NCBI GenBank assembly: GCA_017469025.1
Contig: JAFUHD010000292.1
Coordinates: 1,539 to 65,538 of the forward strand
Direction of reading: 5' to 3'
Length of the DNA: 64,000 nucleotides
Source: Clostridia bacterium
GTDB taxonomy: Bacteria > Bacillota > Clostridia > Christensenellales > Aristaeellaceae
Shown: piece by piece, positions 8,830 through 18,105 of the stretch
How positions within the stretch are numbered: position 1 is the first letter of the stretch
Layout of the letters: every line of letters begins with the position of its first letter
The notes under the pieces: model-generated
Database searches by the model: none
Told to the model about the DNA's origin: nothing
The model's input: the letters and a program-made list of their open reading frames with translations, nothing else
Position numbers and translations under genes: made by a program

Positions 8830-9921
8830 ATGCGCTTTACCTGTAATGCAGCAAAACTGAATGAAGCCCTCTCCATCGCCATACATGCCATCCCCGTCAA
8901 ATCTCCGAAGGCTGTACTCGAAGGAATCATGATTGAAGCACAGAATGATTCCATCATTCTGACAACAACGGATATGGCAATCGGCATTGAATGTAAAATC
9001 ATGGCTTATGTTGAAGAAACAGGCAGTGTTGTTCTGCCAGGCCGTTTCTTTTGTGAGATTGCCCGCAAGCTGCCAGGTGAGGATGTCCGTATTACTGTAA
9101 ATGACCGTAATGTAGCCAGCATTGTCAGCGGTCAGTTCAAAACAAGCCTTTCAGGTTCAGACGCCCTTGAATTTCCTGAACTGCCAATGGTTAAGGGACA
9201 GACAGCCAAGCTGACTCAAAAGCAGCTTAAGCGGCTGATTAATGGTACGCTTTTCTCCGTTGCTGTAGATGAGAGCCGTCCCATTCTGACAGGATGTCTT
9301 TTTGAAATTGATCATGATGAAATCAGCATTGTTGCACTTGACGGATATCGCCTTGCCATCTGCAAGGAAACCATAGAAGATTGCAATGAAACCATCTCAC
9401 AGGTAATCGGCGGTAAAATTCTTGGAGACATCGCTAAAATCGTCAATGACTCTGACAGCGAAGCCATTATCTGTTTCAGCAAAAGTCATGCCAGCATCAG
9501 GATTGATGAGAATATCATTATTGCCCGTCTTCTCGAAGGCGAATATATGCGTTACAAGCAGATTCTGCCGATGGATTATCTGACACGCATCAGAATTAAC
9601 CGGATGCAGCTGGCAGATGCCATCGACCGCGCCATGCTGATCGGACGTGAATCAAAGTCAAATCTGGTCAGCTTCAAGGTAGATGGAGATGTTATGACCA
9701 TTGTCATGCAGAATACCAGCATGGAAGAAAAAATCGGCATCAGCAGTGAAGGCAAGGAACTTGAAATTGCATTCAACATCAAGTATGTCATGGATGTACT
9801 GAAGGCCATTCCTGATGAAGAAATTGAGATGAGATTCAAATCTTCTGTCAGTCCGTGTCTCGTTTATCCGCCGGATGGCGGCAGCCAGTATCTGTATCTC
9901 CTTCTGCCTGTCCGTGTATAG
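8830..9921 (+). CDS. dnaN: DNA polymerase III beta sliding clamp
   Basis: The start is set at ATG 8830 (GGAGGA at 8820..8825). The product is 363 aa with the typical N-terminus MRFTCNAAKLNEALSIA...VLEGIMIEA, LTGCLFEI, and C-terminal PVRV. Confidence 0.93.
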   Translation: MRFTCNAAKLNEALSIAIHAIPVKSPKAVLEGIMIEAQNDSIILTTTDMAIGIECKIMAYVEETGSVVLPGRFFCEIARKLPGEDVRITVNDRNVASIVSGQFKTSLSGSDALEFPELPMVKGQTAKLTQKQLKRLINGTLFSVAVDESRPILTGCLFEIDHDEISIVALDGYRLAICKETIEDCNETISQVIGGKILGDIAKIVNDSDSEAIICFSKSHASIRIDENIIIARLLEGEYMRYKQILPMDYLTRIRINRMQLADAIDRAMLIGRESKSNLVSFKVDGDVMTIVMQNTSMEEKIGISSEGKELEIAFNIKYVMDVLKAIPDEEIEMRFKSSVSPCLVYPPDGGSQYLYLLLPVRV

Positions 9922-9956
9922 AAGACAGAAGGACACAGCAAAGAGGACCACATAAT

Positions 9957-11060
9957 ATGAAAGTGAATACGCTCATCCTGAAGGATTTCCGGAATTATGA
10001 GGGCGTTGAAATACAGCCGGGCTCTGGGATGAATGTTTTCATCGGAAGCAACGCACAGGGAAAGACCAATATCATTGAAGCACTGCATCTTTGCGGTGTC
10101 GGCCGCAGTCACCGGACCAGCAAGGATGAGGAAATGATACGCTGGGAACAGCCGTTTGGACGGGTAACGGTCAGGAGCAGCCAGCAGGATGGAACACATG
10201 AGGTAACAATCATCCTGGCAAGGGGCCAGAAAAAGAAAAAGAACATCAAAATAGGGGAACGGAAAGCGGAACGTATCGGTGAACTTTTTGGTCATATTTG
10301 CGGTGTTCTGTTTTCTCCTGAAGATCTGCTTATCGTCAAAGGCGGACCGGCAGAACGAAGACGTTTTCTGGATATGCTTCTTTCCCAGCTGAGTTCGGTC
10401 TATTTTTATCATCTTCAGCGGTACAATAAGGCACTTTCCGAACGGAATGCTGTTTTGCGTGAGATTTCCATAAAACCCGGACTGCGCAGTACGCTGGATA
10501 TGTGGGACGAGATGCTTGCAGACAGTGGTGCCGCAGTTGCAGAGCGCAGAATTGAGGCAATTGAACATCTGTCAGCCCTCGCTGCATTGGAGCACAGGCA
10601 TCTGACCGGTGAAAAGGAAGAACTGACCCTTCGATATATGACATCGCTCAGGGATCCATCTGATCTCAGGCAGAAATTTCTTGACCAACTGTTTTCTGCA
10701 CGCGATGATGATATAAGACGGCAGACTACCGGATATGGTGTACACCGGGATGATATCAGTATCCGGATTAACAACAGGGAAACAAGAATATTCGGCTCCC
10801 AGGGACAGCAGCGCAGTGCAGTTCTGTCTCTCAAAATGGCTCAGCTGGCGTATATGGCAGAAAGCAAAGGGGAAAATCCGATTTTACTCCTTGATGATGT
10901 CATGAGTGAGCTGGATATGAACCGACGTCGTGCACTTGGTGAGCGGATCAATCAGATTCAGACATTTGTTACCTGTACTGACATTTCCGATCTCGGAGAG
11001 ACGGAACGGGGGATGCTGTATCAGGTAGATAAAGGCACACTGAATAGTTTTCCACAGTAA
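9957..11060 (+). CDS. recF: DNA replication/repair protein RecF
   Basis: The start is set at ATG 9957 (AAGAGGA upstream). Walker A is GSNAQGKTNIIEA, the signature is GSQGQQRS and Walker B is ILLLDDVMSELD. The product is 367 aa. Confidence 0.93.
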   Translation: MKVNTLILKDFRNYEGVEIQPGSGMNVFIGSNAQGKTNIIEALHLCGVGRSHRTSKDEEMIRWEQPFGRVTVRSSQQDGTHEVTIILARGQKKKKNIKIGERKAERIGELFGHICGVLFSPEDLLIVKGGPAERRRFLDMLLSQLSSVYFYHLQRYNKALSERNAVLREISIKPGLRSTLDMWDEMLADSGAAVAERRIEAIEHLSALAALEHRHLTGEKEELTLRYMTSLRDPSDLRQKFLDQLFSARDDDIRRQTTGYGVHRDDISIRINNRETRIFGSQGQQRSAVLSLKMAQLAYMAESKGENPILLLDDVMSELDMNRRRALGERINQIQTFVTCTDISDLGETERGMLYQVDKGTLNSFPQ

Positions 11061-11133
11061 TCCACAATTTATCCACAGAGTTTTCAGGTTTTCCACATTT
11101 CCTGTGGAAAACTAAGAAAAATGATGTGGAAAA
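11048..11133. promoter_or_regulatory. DnaA-box cluster 2 (overlaps the recF 3' end and downstream spacer)
   Basis: Six boxes lie within 86 nt: TTTTCCACA 11048..11056, TAATCCACA 11058..11066, TTATCCACA 11069..11077, TTTTCCACA 11089..11097, TGTGGAAAA 11103..11111 and TGTGGAAAA 11125..11133. Most fit TTWTNCACA. Confidence 0.75.
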
Positions 11134-11268
11134 CGTGCGGAAAAGGCGAAAAACTGAGTATGGCCGTGATATTCAAAATCAGGCATATATAATAGGAAGA
11201 AAAAGCCTGTTCAGGAAGTCTGGCAATATGGGATTTCTGTGTGCATTTCAAAAAAGTGGAAAAGTTCA

Positions 11269-12462
11269 ATGGATAAAAAAAGAAACATGTACCGCTATGC
11301 TATGAGTGGCGGTACCGCGAACAATTTCTACATCAACGATGACAGAAAACAGAATCAGAAGAGAAGATCACGTTTTCTGAAAACGTTTGCTGTTATGGCA
11401 GTTGTTGCGGTTGTTCTGGTGTATGCTGGTTTTCAGATGTTTGGAGATAAGGGAAGATCCGGCGTTGGCAAGATTACCAGAATAGTGGCAACTATCTCCC
11501 AGAACATAAAACCATTCGGAGATAGAATTCTCTATTATGACGGCACGACAATTCACTGCGTATCCGCGAATGGCACGAATGAATGGAGTTATCAGATCGG
11601 GACAAATGCGGATTATGATGCAGCGGAGGACAAGATTGTTGCCTGGTCAGGAAATGACCTGTATATACTGAACAGCCGGGGGCGTCTGATCTATAACAAT
11701 AAAATGACAGACAGCATTCAGTTTGCAAGTGCAGGGAAAACCTATGCTGCGGCATTTATCGGAACAGCCAACACGGGTGTGGTTACAGTAATTGACGGGG
11801 AAGGACGTGTCATTGACAATATAACTGTTGATTCACAGACACTGCTGGATATCGGCTTTTTTGAAGCGTCATCGGCTTCAAATACCCAGACGGCTGAATA
11901 CATGTGGATGCTGGGACTTGATACAAACGGGACAGTTATATCCACTCAGCTTCAGACATTCCAGCCCGGCAGACTTTCAACAGGAAAGACTACGCTTGGT
12001 GATTACATTGCCTACAAGATATTTGACAGCAATGGGATTCTCAATATTGTAACGACGCGTGAAATTCTGCATTATACATTCCGTGCAGTTGAAAGCGAGT
12101 CATCGACGCTCATTTACGGCTATACACTGCAGGATGTTAGAAAGATCGGAAATACGGTTTATGAGCTGCTTATTCCTGCAAAAGAACAGAGCGGCGGTGC
12201 AACCATCAATAATGTTCGGCTGATGCACGGGAGTGTTGACCGTATGATCCATCTGCCTGGAAACTGTCTGGGTGCCACACTTGGCAGCCGCTGTATTTAT
12301 GGTTTTTCCGAAAATGCGATCTATGCATGCAGGTTTGATGAAACGTCATTTACAGCATATCCGATAGATATCAGTATCAGCAATGTACTTGGGATGATCA
12401 GTGACAACCGTGCGGTAGTCGCTGACGGCTCGTCTATCTATATTGTTGAACTGCCATCCTGA
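11269..12462 (+). CDS. Hypothetical membrane-anchored protein with a repeat-rich (beta-propeller-like) extracytoplasmic domain
   Basis: It has one N-terminal TM segment (FLKTFAVMAVVAVVLVYAGF), followed by about 330 aa rich in short beta-strand-like repeats. No catalytic motif was recognised and the start choice is uncertain. Confidence 0.55.
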   Translation: MDKKRNMYRYAMSGGTANNFYINDDRKQNQKRRSRFLKTFAVMAVVAVVLVYAGFQMFGDKGRSGVGKITRIVATISQNIKPFGDRILYYDGTTIHCVSANGTNEWSYQIGTNADYDAAEDKIVAWSGNDLYILNSRGRLIYNNKMTDSIQFASAGKTYAAAFIGTANTGVVTVIDGEGRVIDNITVDSQTLLDIGFFEASSASNTQTAEYMWMLGLDTNGTVISTQLQTFQPGRLSTGKTTLGDYIAYKIFDSNGILNIVTTREILHYTFRAVESESSTLIYGYTLQDVRKIGNTVYELLIPAKEQSGGATINNVRLMHGSVDRMIHLPGNCLGATLGSRCIYGFSENAIYACRFDETSFTAYPIDISISNVLGMISDNRAVVADGSSIYIVELPS

Positions 12463-13178
12463 TGGAAATAAAGGATTTTTTAATGAACATAATCGATATC
12501 ATTATACTGATAATTCTTGGCGTCAGTGTGCTTTACGGCATGCATCGCGGTTTTATCAGCAGTGTTCTTGGCATAGCAGCTGTGATCGTTTCTGTTGCAT
12601 TGTCATTGATGCTCAGCGGTCAGGTTGCAGACCAACTCCGGAAAAATGAGACACTGGTCAATACTCTGATGTATTATACTGATGCGAGCAGCAGGATTAA
12701 AAATATGGATCTTTCCGGTATTACAGCCGGCAGCGTGTCCTCATCTGTGCTTGACAATCTTCTGACACAGATAAATCTGCCTGAAAGTTTTAAGACGGTT
12801 TTTCTGGATGAAATCCGTTCAGCCGCTCTGTCAAAGACCCAGACGGTTGCATCTGTTCTCAGCCATACCATAGTGGATGTTTCCATTTCGATTCTCAGTT
12901 TTCTTATTACCTTCCTTGTTATATTTTTATTGGCAACTTTCCTTGTTCATATGATTGCCTATGTCTTTGAATTTCCTGTACTCAGGCATATGGATGCCCT
13001 TGTCGGCGGTATATTTGGAGGTATCCGGGGAATACTGATTGTTTTTATTCTGTTTGCCCTGGTACCGCTTGTCATGGCCGTTGTGCCCATTGATGAGGTT
13101 GGCCAGGTAATCAGTGAATCAAAACTGGCACCCATGTTTGACAGCAAAATTATTTTCATGATTCTGAATCGGATTTAG
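12462..13178 (+). CDS. cvpA: CvpA family membrane protein
   Basis: The N-terminus (IIDIIILIILGVSVLYGMHRGFISSVLGIAAVIVSVALS) and multi-TM layout are typical of CvpA. The ATG overlaps the previous stop (TGATG). Confidence 0.7.
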   Translation: MEIKDFLMNIIDIIILIILGVSVLYGMHRGFISSVLGIAAVIVSVALSLMLSGQVADQLRKNETLVNTLMYYTDASSRIKNMDLSGITAGSVSSSVLDNLLTQINLPESFKTVFLDEIRSAALSKTQTVASVLSHTIVDVSISILSFLITFLVIFLLATFLVHMIAYVFEFPVLRHMDALVGGIFGGIRGILIVFILFALVPLVMAVVPIDEVGQVISESKLAPMFDSKIIFMILNRI

Positions 13179-13184
13179 GAAGCA

Positions 13185-15095
13185 ATGACATCAATTATAT
13201 ATTCCGTATATTTTGCGCTTGGCGGTCTGATGATGGTCCGCAGACTTCTGCCGGAAAAGAAGACGCTGACGCGGATGTGGCTTGGTCTGTGTCTTGGAAT
13301 CATCTGTGAAATGTGGCTGCCTGCCCTGATGGCTTATCCGCTGCGTTTTTCCATTCCTGCCCATATCGCTGCTGCAGTTGTCTATCTGATTCCTGTTGCG
13401 CTGATCTGGAAGAATTCAGGAAAGAATATGAAAGCCGCTGCAGAGGATGATGCAAAATTTCTGCGCATGTTCTGGCTGCTTGTGATTCCATTTACGCTCT
13501 TTTCAGGATATCTGCAGTGGACACATATGCTGAAACCTTCTCCGGATGGATCCTACTGGTGCGGCCAGTCGACATATGGCGATCTGTGCATGCATCTGTC
13601 ATTCATCTCATCACTCAGAAATGCCTCTTTTCCGCCTTCCTATCATCTGCTTTACGGGACCAGCCTTGCTTATCCGTATCTGACGGATTCCCTCAGTACA
13701 ACATTTATGCTGATGGGAATGCCCATCAATCTTGCTGTTGCAGTACCGGGCACATATCTCATGTTTCTGACATATTCCGGATTTATTCTGCTTGCAAGAC
13801 GTGTGCTTGGCAGCCGGCCTTTGACGATTGCTGCAGCATTTCTCTTTTTCTTCCTGAATGGCGGTCTTGGATTTCTGTATGACTTTGATCTGGCTTTCCG
13901 GGATCACTTTGAACGGGTTCAGGAAATTTTTACCGGATATTACAAGACACCTGCAAATCAGCCGGATGTCAATCTCCGTTTTTCAAATGTCATTGCAGAC
14001 CTGATGATTCCGCAGCGCTCCCTCCTCGGCGGATGGGCCATGGTGCTGCCTGCGTTCTATCTGCTGATTGATACGTTTGAATCGCGCCAGGTTAAAAAGC
14101 TGATTATGCTGTCGCTTTTTGCCGGTGCACTGCCGCTGATACATACGCATACTTTTCTGGCACTTGGACTGTTTTCGGGTGGATATATTCTGGTGCATCT
14201 GATTCAGGAACGGACTGAAATCCGGCACGTGCTCAGATATGCCGGAATCTATCTGGTTATTGTCCTGATTCTGGCATTGCCGCAGCTGCTTGGAAATGCC
14301 ATAAAGCAGACTGTTGAAGGCGGTGCCCTCCGTTTCCAGTTTAACTGGGTCAATAACAGCGGCGGGCGCGGGTTCATTGACGGTTATTTCTGGTTCTGGA
14401 TCAAGAATGCCGGTCTGCCGTATATTCTCATGTTTTGTGCAATTTTGAATTGCCGCCGGCGTGGCAAACTGGATATTGTACTTGGCATGATGGCAGTGTA
14501 TGCTGTTGCGGAACTGATTCTGTTTCAGCCGAATGAATATGACAACAACAAGCTTTTTTATCTCTGGTATGTTTTTGCTGTTATGCTTGCGGCGGATTAT
14601 GGTTCTGTTATCATGTGCAGGCTGGATGGACTCAGGGGAAGGATTGTACTGTGTGCTTTGTTTATGGCAGGCAGCGTGTTTTCAGGAGCGCTTTCTCTCG
14701 CAAGGGAAACTGTTTCCGGATATCAGCTCTTTTCCTCGAGTGCGGTCGAAGCCGGCCAGTGGGTGGACAGCTATACCGATCCGGACAGCGTATTCATGAC
14801 CGGACAGCAGCATATCAATCCCGTTTGTTCTCTTGCCGGACGGCAGATTATCTGCGGCAGTGATTTGTATGTCTTTTTTCATGGGCTTGATTATCAGGAA
14901 CAGAAACAGGACTGCATCATGTTTTATGCAGATCCCGCCGGAAGAGCGGATATTCTCAGAAAATATCAGGTCGATTATATTTACGAAAGTGATTATGAGC
15001 GGGCTGAAATGGTTATAGATACAGAGGAGCTCCGCGAAAATTATGAACTGGTTTATGAACGCGATGGTGTCCGGATTTATAAAAGCGGGATTTGA
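13185..15095 (+). CDS. Large polytopic membrane protein of unknown function (about 12+ TM segments plus a C-terminal soluble domain)
   Basis: 636-aa ORF with many hydrophobic segments. The C-terminal roughly 130 aa are hydrophilic. No family could be assigned with confidence, and a GT-C-like fold is only a guess. Confidence 0.5.
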   Translation: MTSIIYSVYFALGGLMMVRRLLPEKKTLTRMWLGLCLGIICEMWLPALMAYPLRFSIPAHIAAAVVYLIPVALIWKNSGKNMKAAAEDDAKFLRMFWLLVIPFTLFSGYLQWTHMLKPSPDGSYWCGQSTYGDLCMHLSFISSLRNASFPPSYHLLYGTSLAYPYLTDSLSTTFMLMGMPINLAVAVPGTYLMFLTYSGFILLARRVLGSRPLTIAAAFLFFFLNGGLGFLYDFDLAFRDHFERVQEIFTGYYKTPANQPDVNLRFSNVIADLMIPQRSLLGGWAMVLPAFYLLIDTFESRQVKKLIMLSLFAGALPLIHTHTFLALGLFSGGYILVHLIQERTEIRHVLRYAGIYLVIVLILALPQLLGNAIKQTVEGGALRFQFNWVNNSGGRGFIDGYFWFWIKNAGLPYILMFCAILNCRRRGKLDIVLGMMAVYAVAELILFQPNEYDNNKLFYLWYVFAVMLAADYGSVIMCRLDGLRGRIVLCALFMAGSVFSGALSLARETVSGYQLFSSSAVEAGQWVDSYTDPDSVFMTGQQHINPVCSLAGRQIICGSDLYVFFHGLDYQEQKQDCIMFYADPAGRADILRKYQVDYIYESDYERAEMVIDTEELRENYELVYERDGVRIYKSGI

Positions 15096-15100
15096 CAGTG

Positions 15101-15331
15101 ATGGATAATATTGCACACTTTCTTCATTATTCCCTGGATAAGAAAAGGAAAATCGTTCTGATCTATCTGGATGACCAGAACCGGGTGGTCAGAAAAAATG
15201 CGTCTGTAACCGCACTCAGCGATGCGGCTGCAGAGGTAATCATTGGCAGAAAGAAAATGATACTGCCAAGAGAGTCACTGCTTGGTGCAGGGTATGCGCG
15301 AGGGGACAGTGGTGACCTTGAGAAGGCATGA
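15101..15331 (+). CDS. Small hypothetical protein (76 aa)
   Basis: The ORF lies immediately after the stop of the membrane protein gene. No motif was recognised and the SD is weak. Confidence 0.35.
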   Translation: MDNIAHFLHYSLDKKRKIVLIYLDDQNRVVRKNASVTALSDAAAEVIIGRKKMILPRESLLGAGYARGDSGDLEKA

Positions 15332-15361
15332 TATAGGGATACTGACCTGCGTATATGGTTA

Positions 15362-15543
15362 TTTTGTTGTCAAAAGCTTAAGCTGTACCATTAAGAGATG
15401 GCCTGCTGTGCGGTACCGGGCTGTCAGAAAATGATATGATGCTGAAAGCTTAAAGAGTAGATGGCCCAGCACTTCGTGCTGGTTTGTCAAATAATGACAT
15501 CTGCGATTGATACGGTGCCAAAAGCACGACTATGTCATTAAAA
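15362..15543 (+). repeat. Tandem array of the structured repeat upstream of kduI: two decayed copies plus full copy B (15461..15543)
   Basis: Copy B is ATGGCCCAGCACTTCGTGCTGGTTTGTCAAATAATGACATCTGCGATTGATACGGTGCCAAAAGCACGACTATGTCATTAAA, followed directly by AGGAGG and the kduI ATG. Segments 15398..15457 and 15362..15396 are internally deleted versions. Confidence 0.8.
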
Positions 15544-15557
15544 GGAGGAATTTAGAA

Positions 15558-16394
15558 ATGAAACTAACTGTCCGTCAGCCCTCTGCATCGCTCGATGCAA
15601 AGCACTATACCACTGAGCGTCTGCGCAGTGAGTATCTGATTGAAACTGTTTTTGAACCGGATGAGGCTGTATTTACCTATTCCCATTTTGACAGAATCAT
15701 CGCAGGCGGTGTAATGCCGGTAAACAAGACGGTTGCACTTGTTGGCTGCAAGGAACTGGCAAGCGAAACATTCCTTGAGCGCCGCGAGATGGGCGTTATC
15801 AATATCGGCGGAAAAGGCCGCATCCGCGTGGATGAGAATACGTATGATCTCAAACAGTATGACGGGCTGTACGTCGGCATGGGCGCGAAAGTCATTGAAC
15901 TTAGCAGTGAAGACGCTTCAAATCCTGCAAAGTTTTATATCAATACCTGCCCGGCACACAAGACATATCCAAATGTCCTGATTGACATTGACAAGGCAAA
16001 CAAAAGGCCGCTCGGCTCACCGGAAACCTGCAATAAGCGCGTGATTAACCAGTACATCCATCCCGCTGTTATGCAGAGCTGTCAGCTGTGCATGGGTATG
16101 ACCCAGCTGGCACCGGGAAGCAACTGGAATTCAATGCCATGCCATACGCATGAGCGCCGTATGGAAGTCTATTTCTATTTTGAACTCAAGGACAACAATA
16201 TTGTGTTCCACATGATGGGTGAACCGAAAGAGACGCGTCACATCATCATGCACAATGAACAGGCAGTTATCTCTCCGTCCTGGTCAATTCACACCGGTGT
16301 TGGTACCAGCAACTATACCTTTATCTGGGGTATGTGCGGTGAAAATCAGGATTTTGATGACATGGATAACTTAGATCCTATGGATCTGTTATAA
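15558..16394 (+). CDS. kduI: 5-dehydro-4-deoxy-D-glucuronate isomerase (4-deoxy-L-threo-5-hexosulose-uronate ketol-isomerase)
   Basis: Start ATG 15558 with AGGAGG upstream. The product is 278 aa and carries the cupin metal motif region [13 protein letters not shown] and SPSWSIHTG. Confidence 0.9.
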   Translation: MKLTVRQPSASLDAKHYTTERLRSEYLIETVFEPDEAVFTYSHFDRIIAGGVMPVNKTVALVGCKELASETFLERREMGVINIGGKGRIRVDENTYDLKQYDGLYVGMGAKVIELSSEDASNPAKFYINTCPAHKTYPNVLIDIDKANKRPLGSPETCNKRVINQYIHPAVMQSCQLCMGMTQLAPGSNWNSMPCHTHERRMEVYFYFELKDNNIVFHMMGEPKETRHIIMHNEQAVISPSWSIHTGVGTSNYTFIWGMCGENQDFDDMDNLDPMDLL

Positions 16395-16431
16395 GGAGAC
16401 CCTTTGACTTTGCAATGTGGAGGAAAAAGAC

Positions 16432-17235
16432 ATGAACGAGTTTATGAAGAATTTTTCTCTTGAGGGCAAGGTAGCCCTTGTAACCGGTGCATCTTATGGT
16501 ATCGGTTTTGCGATTGCAACAGCACTTTCTGATGCAGGTGCAACCATTGTGTTTAACGACATCAAGCAGGAACTGGTAGACAAGGGACTGGCTGCCTATG
16601 CTGAGAAGGGCATCAAGGCTTATGGTTATGTCTGCGATGTTACCAATGAGACCCAGGTTACCGAAATGGTTGCCAAGATTCGTGAGGATGTAGGCATCGT
16701 TGATATTCTTGTCAACAATGCCGGTATCATCAAGCGCATTCCCATGATTGAGATGAGTGCAGAAGATTTCCGCAAGGTTATTGATGTTGATCTTAATGCA
16801 CCGTTCATCGTATCCAAGGCCTGCATCCCCGGCATGATTGAAAAAGGTCATGGCAAGATTATTAATATCTGCTCCATGATGTCCGAACTGGGTCGTGAGA
16901 CAGTTTCTGCTTATGCGGCAGCCAAAGGCGGCCTCAAGATGCTGACCAGGAATATCTGCTCTGAGTATGGCGAAGCCAATATTCAGTGCAATGGCATTGG
17001 ACCTGGCTATATCGAGACGCCTCAGACAGCGCCGCTTCGTGAGCGTCAGCCGGACGGCAGCCGTCATCCGTTCGATCAGTTTATCGTATCCAAGACACCT
17101 GCTGCCCGCTGGGGAACAACTGAAGATCTTAAGGGACCGGCAGTATTCCTGGCATCCGATGCTTCAAACTTCGTCAACGGCCATATTCTGTATGTCGATG
17201 GCGGTATTCTTGCTTATATCGGAAAACAGCCGTAA
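16432..17235 (+). CDS. kduD: SDR-family 2-dehydro-3-deoxy-D-gluconate 5-dehydrogenase / gluconate 5-dehydrogenase
   Basis: Start ATG 16432 with GGAGGA upstream. It has TGASYGIG (NAD(P) binding), NNAG and the YAAAK (YxxxK) catalytic motif. Its position next to kduI supports the KduD assignment. Confidence 0.8.
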   Translation: MNEFMKNFSLEGKVALVTGASYGIGFAIATALSDAGATIVFNDIKQELVDKGLAAYAEKGIKAYGYVCDVTNETQVTEMVAKIREDVGIVDILVNNAGIIKRIPMIEMSAEDFRKVIDVDLNAPFIVSKACIPGMIEKGHGKIINICSMMSELGRETVSAYAAAKGGLKMLTRNICSEYGEANIQCNGIGPGYIETPQTAPLRERQPDGSRHPFDQFIVSKTPAARWGTTEDLKGPAVFLASDASNFVNGHILYVDGGILAYIGKQP

Positions 17236-17249
17236 TAGTAAATAAAAAA

Positions 17250-17275
17250 AGGACTGCTGCAGCTGCAGCAGTCCT
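17250..17275. terminator. Bidirectional intrinsic terminator between kduD and the convergent M55 peptidase gene
   Basis: Palindrome AGGACTGCTGCA GC TGCAGCAGTCCT, flanked by A7 on the 5' side and TGTATTTT on the 3' side. Confidence 0.8.
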
Positions 17276-17281
17276 TGTATT

Positions 17282-18094
17282 TTACAGACAGAACATGAAG
17301 AAACGAAGAACGTCATAGTAAGCATCCGAAGAGAAGCGTACAGAGCGGGGACCGGTCTGACGGACGCCCGGATAGAATGAAGCACGGCGTGCCTTGTTGT
17401 GCTGTACGAAGGATACCTCTACATCAAACTTGTTTGGCAGACTGACTGCAAAACGCTCAGGATGGGCAATGCCTTCTTCGAATGCGGTTTTTGCTGTTTC
17501 CTGAATACGCTTAAGCGCAACATTCGGATGAATCGAGATGGAGCCGTTTCCGCGTCCCTGGGAAACCGGCACGGTAAAAATATTCGGAGAAATCCGTTTT
17601 GCCTGCTCACAGACGCCAAGGTCTCCCGTGATCATAAGTACGGGTACATCGTACAGTGCCGCTGCATAGAGGTTGATCAGCATTTCACTGGTCTGGATAC
17701 CGTTGATTGTAATGGAGATGTTCTGCGTATTCATGGTATGGGACAGGGGATTGGTATCCGTATTTGAAGAAGAATGATACCCTGTAAAAAATGCACCGGT
17801 GAAACTTCCATCAATACCGGACATCATGGAGTGAATATCGCTGCCCCAGCCGCGGAAAATTTGAATCTGTTCAGGCAGCATTTCCGGCATCAGATTTCGT
17901 GCACTGTCATGTGCATCCTTGATGAGTATATCCTCTGCACCGGACTCGAGTGCGCCAAGACAGGCTGCATTGACCTCACGGGTCATCTGCTGACGGAAAG
18001 GCGTATAGTCAGGTTTTCCAAGTTCGGTTTCATCCCAGTGTGCAATGCCGCATGTACCTTCGATGTCGGCAGAAATAAAAAGACGATGAAGCAT
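17282..18094 (-). CDS. M55 family metallopeptidase (D-aminopeptidase DppA-like)
   Basis: N-terminus MLHRLFISADIEGTCGIAHWDE, followed by ILIKDAHDS and TGYHS blocks typical of peptidase M55. Confidence 0.85.
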   Translation of the reverse strand: MLHRLFISADIEGTCGIAHWDETELGKPDYTPFRQQMTREVNAACLGALESGAEDILIKDAHDSARNLMPEMLPEQIQIFRGWGSDIHSMMSGIDGSFTGAFFTGYHSSSNTDTNPLSHTMNTQNISITINGIQTSEMLINLYAAALYDVPVLMITGDLGVCEQAKRISPNIFTVPVSQGRGNGSISIHPNVALKRIQETAKTAFEEGIAHPERFAVSLPNKFDVEVSFVQHNKARRASFYPGVRQTGPRSVRFSSDAYYDVLRFFMFCL

Positions 18095-18105
18095 AGAGTT
18101 TCTCC

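Noticed and set aside
15461-15543. The dispersed repeat acting as a portable promoter
   Set aside because: TTGTCA and TTGATA hexamers exist inside the element. No TAnnnT -10 hexamer lies 16-18 nt downstream of either, so a promoter function is not supported by sequence.
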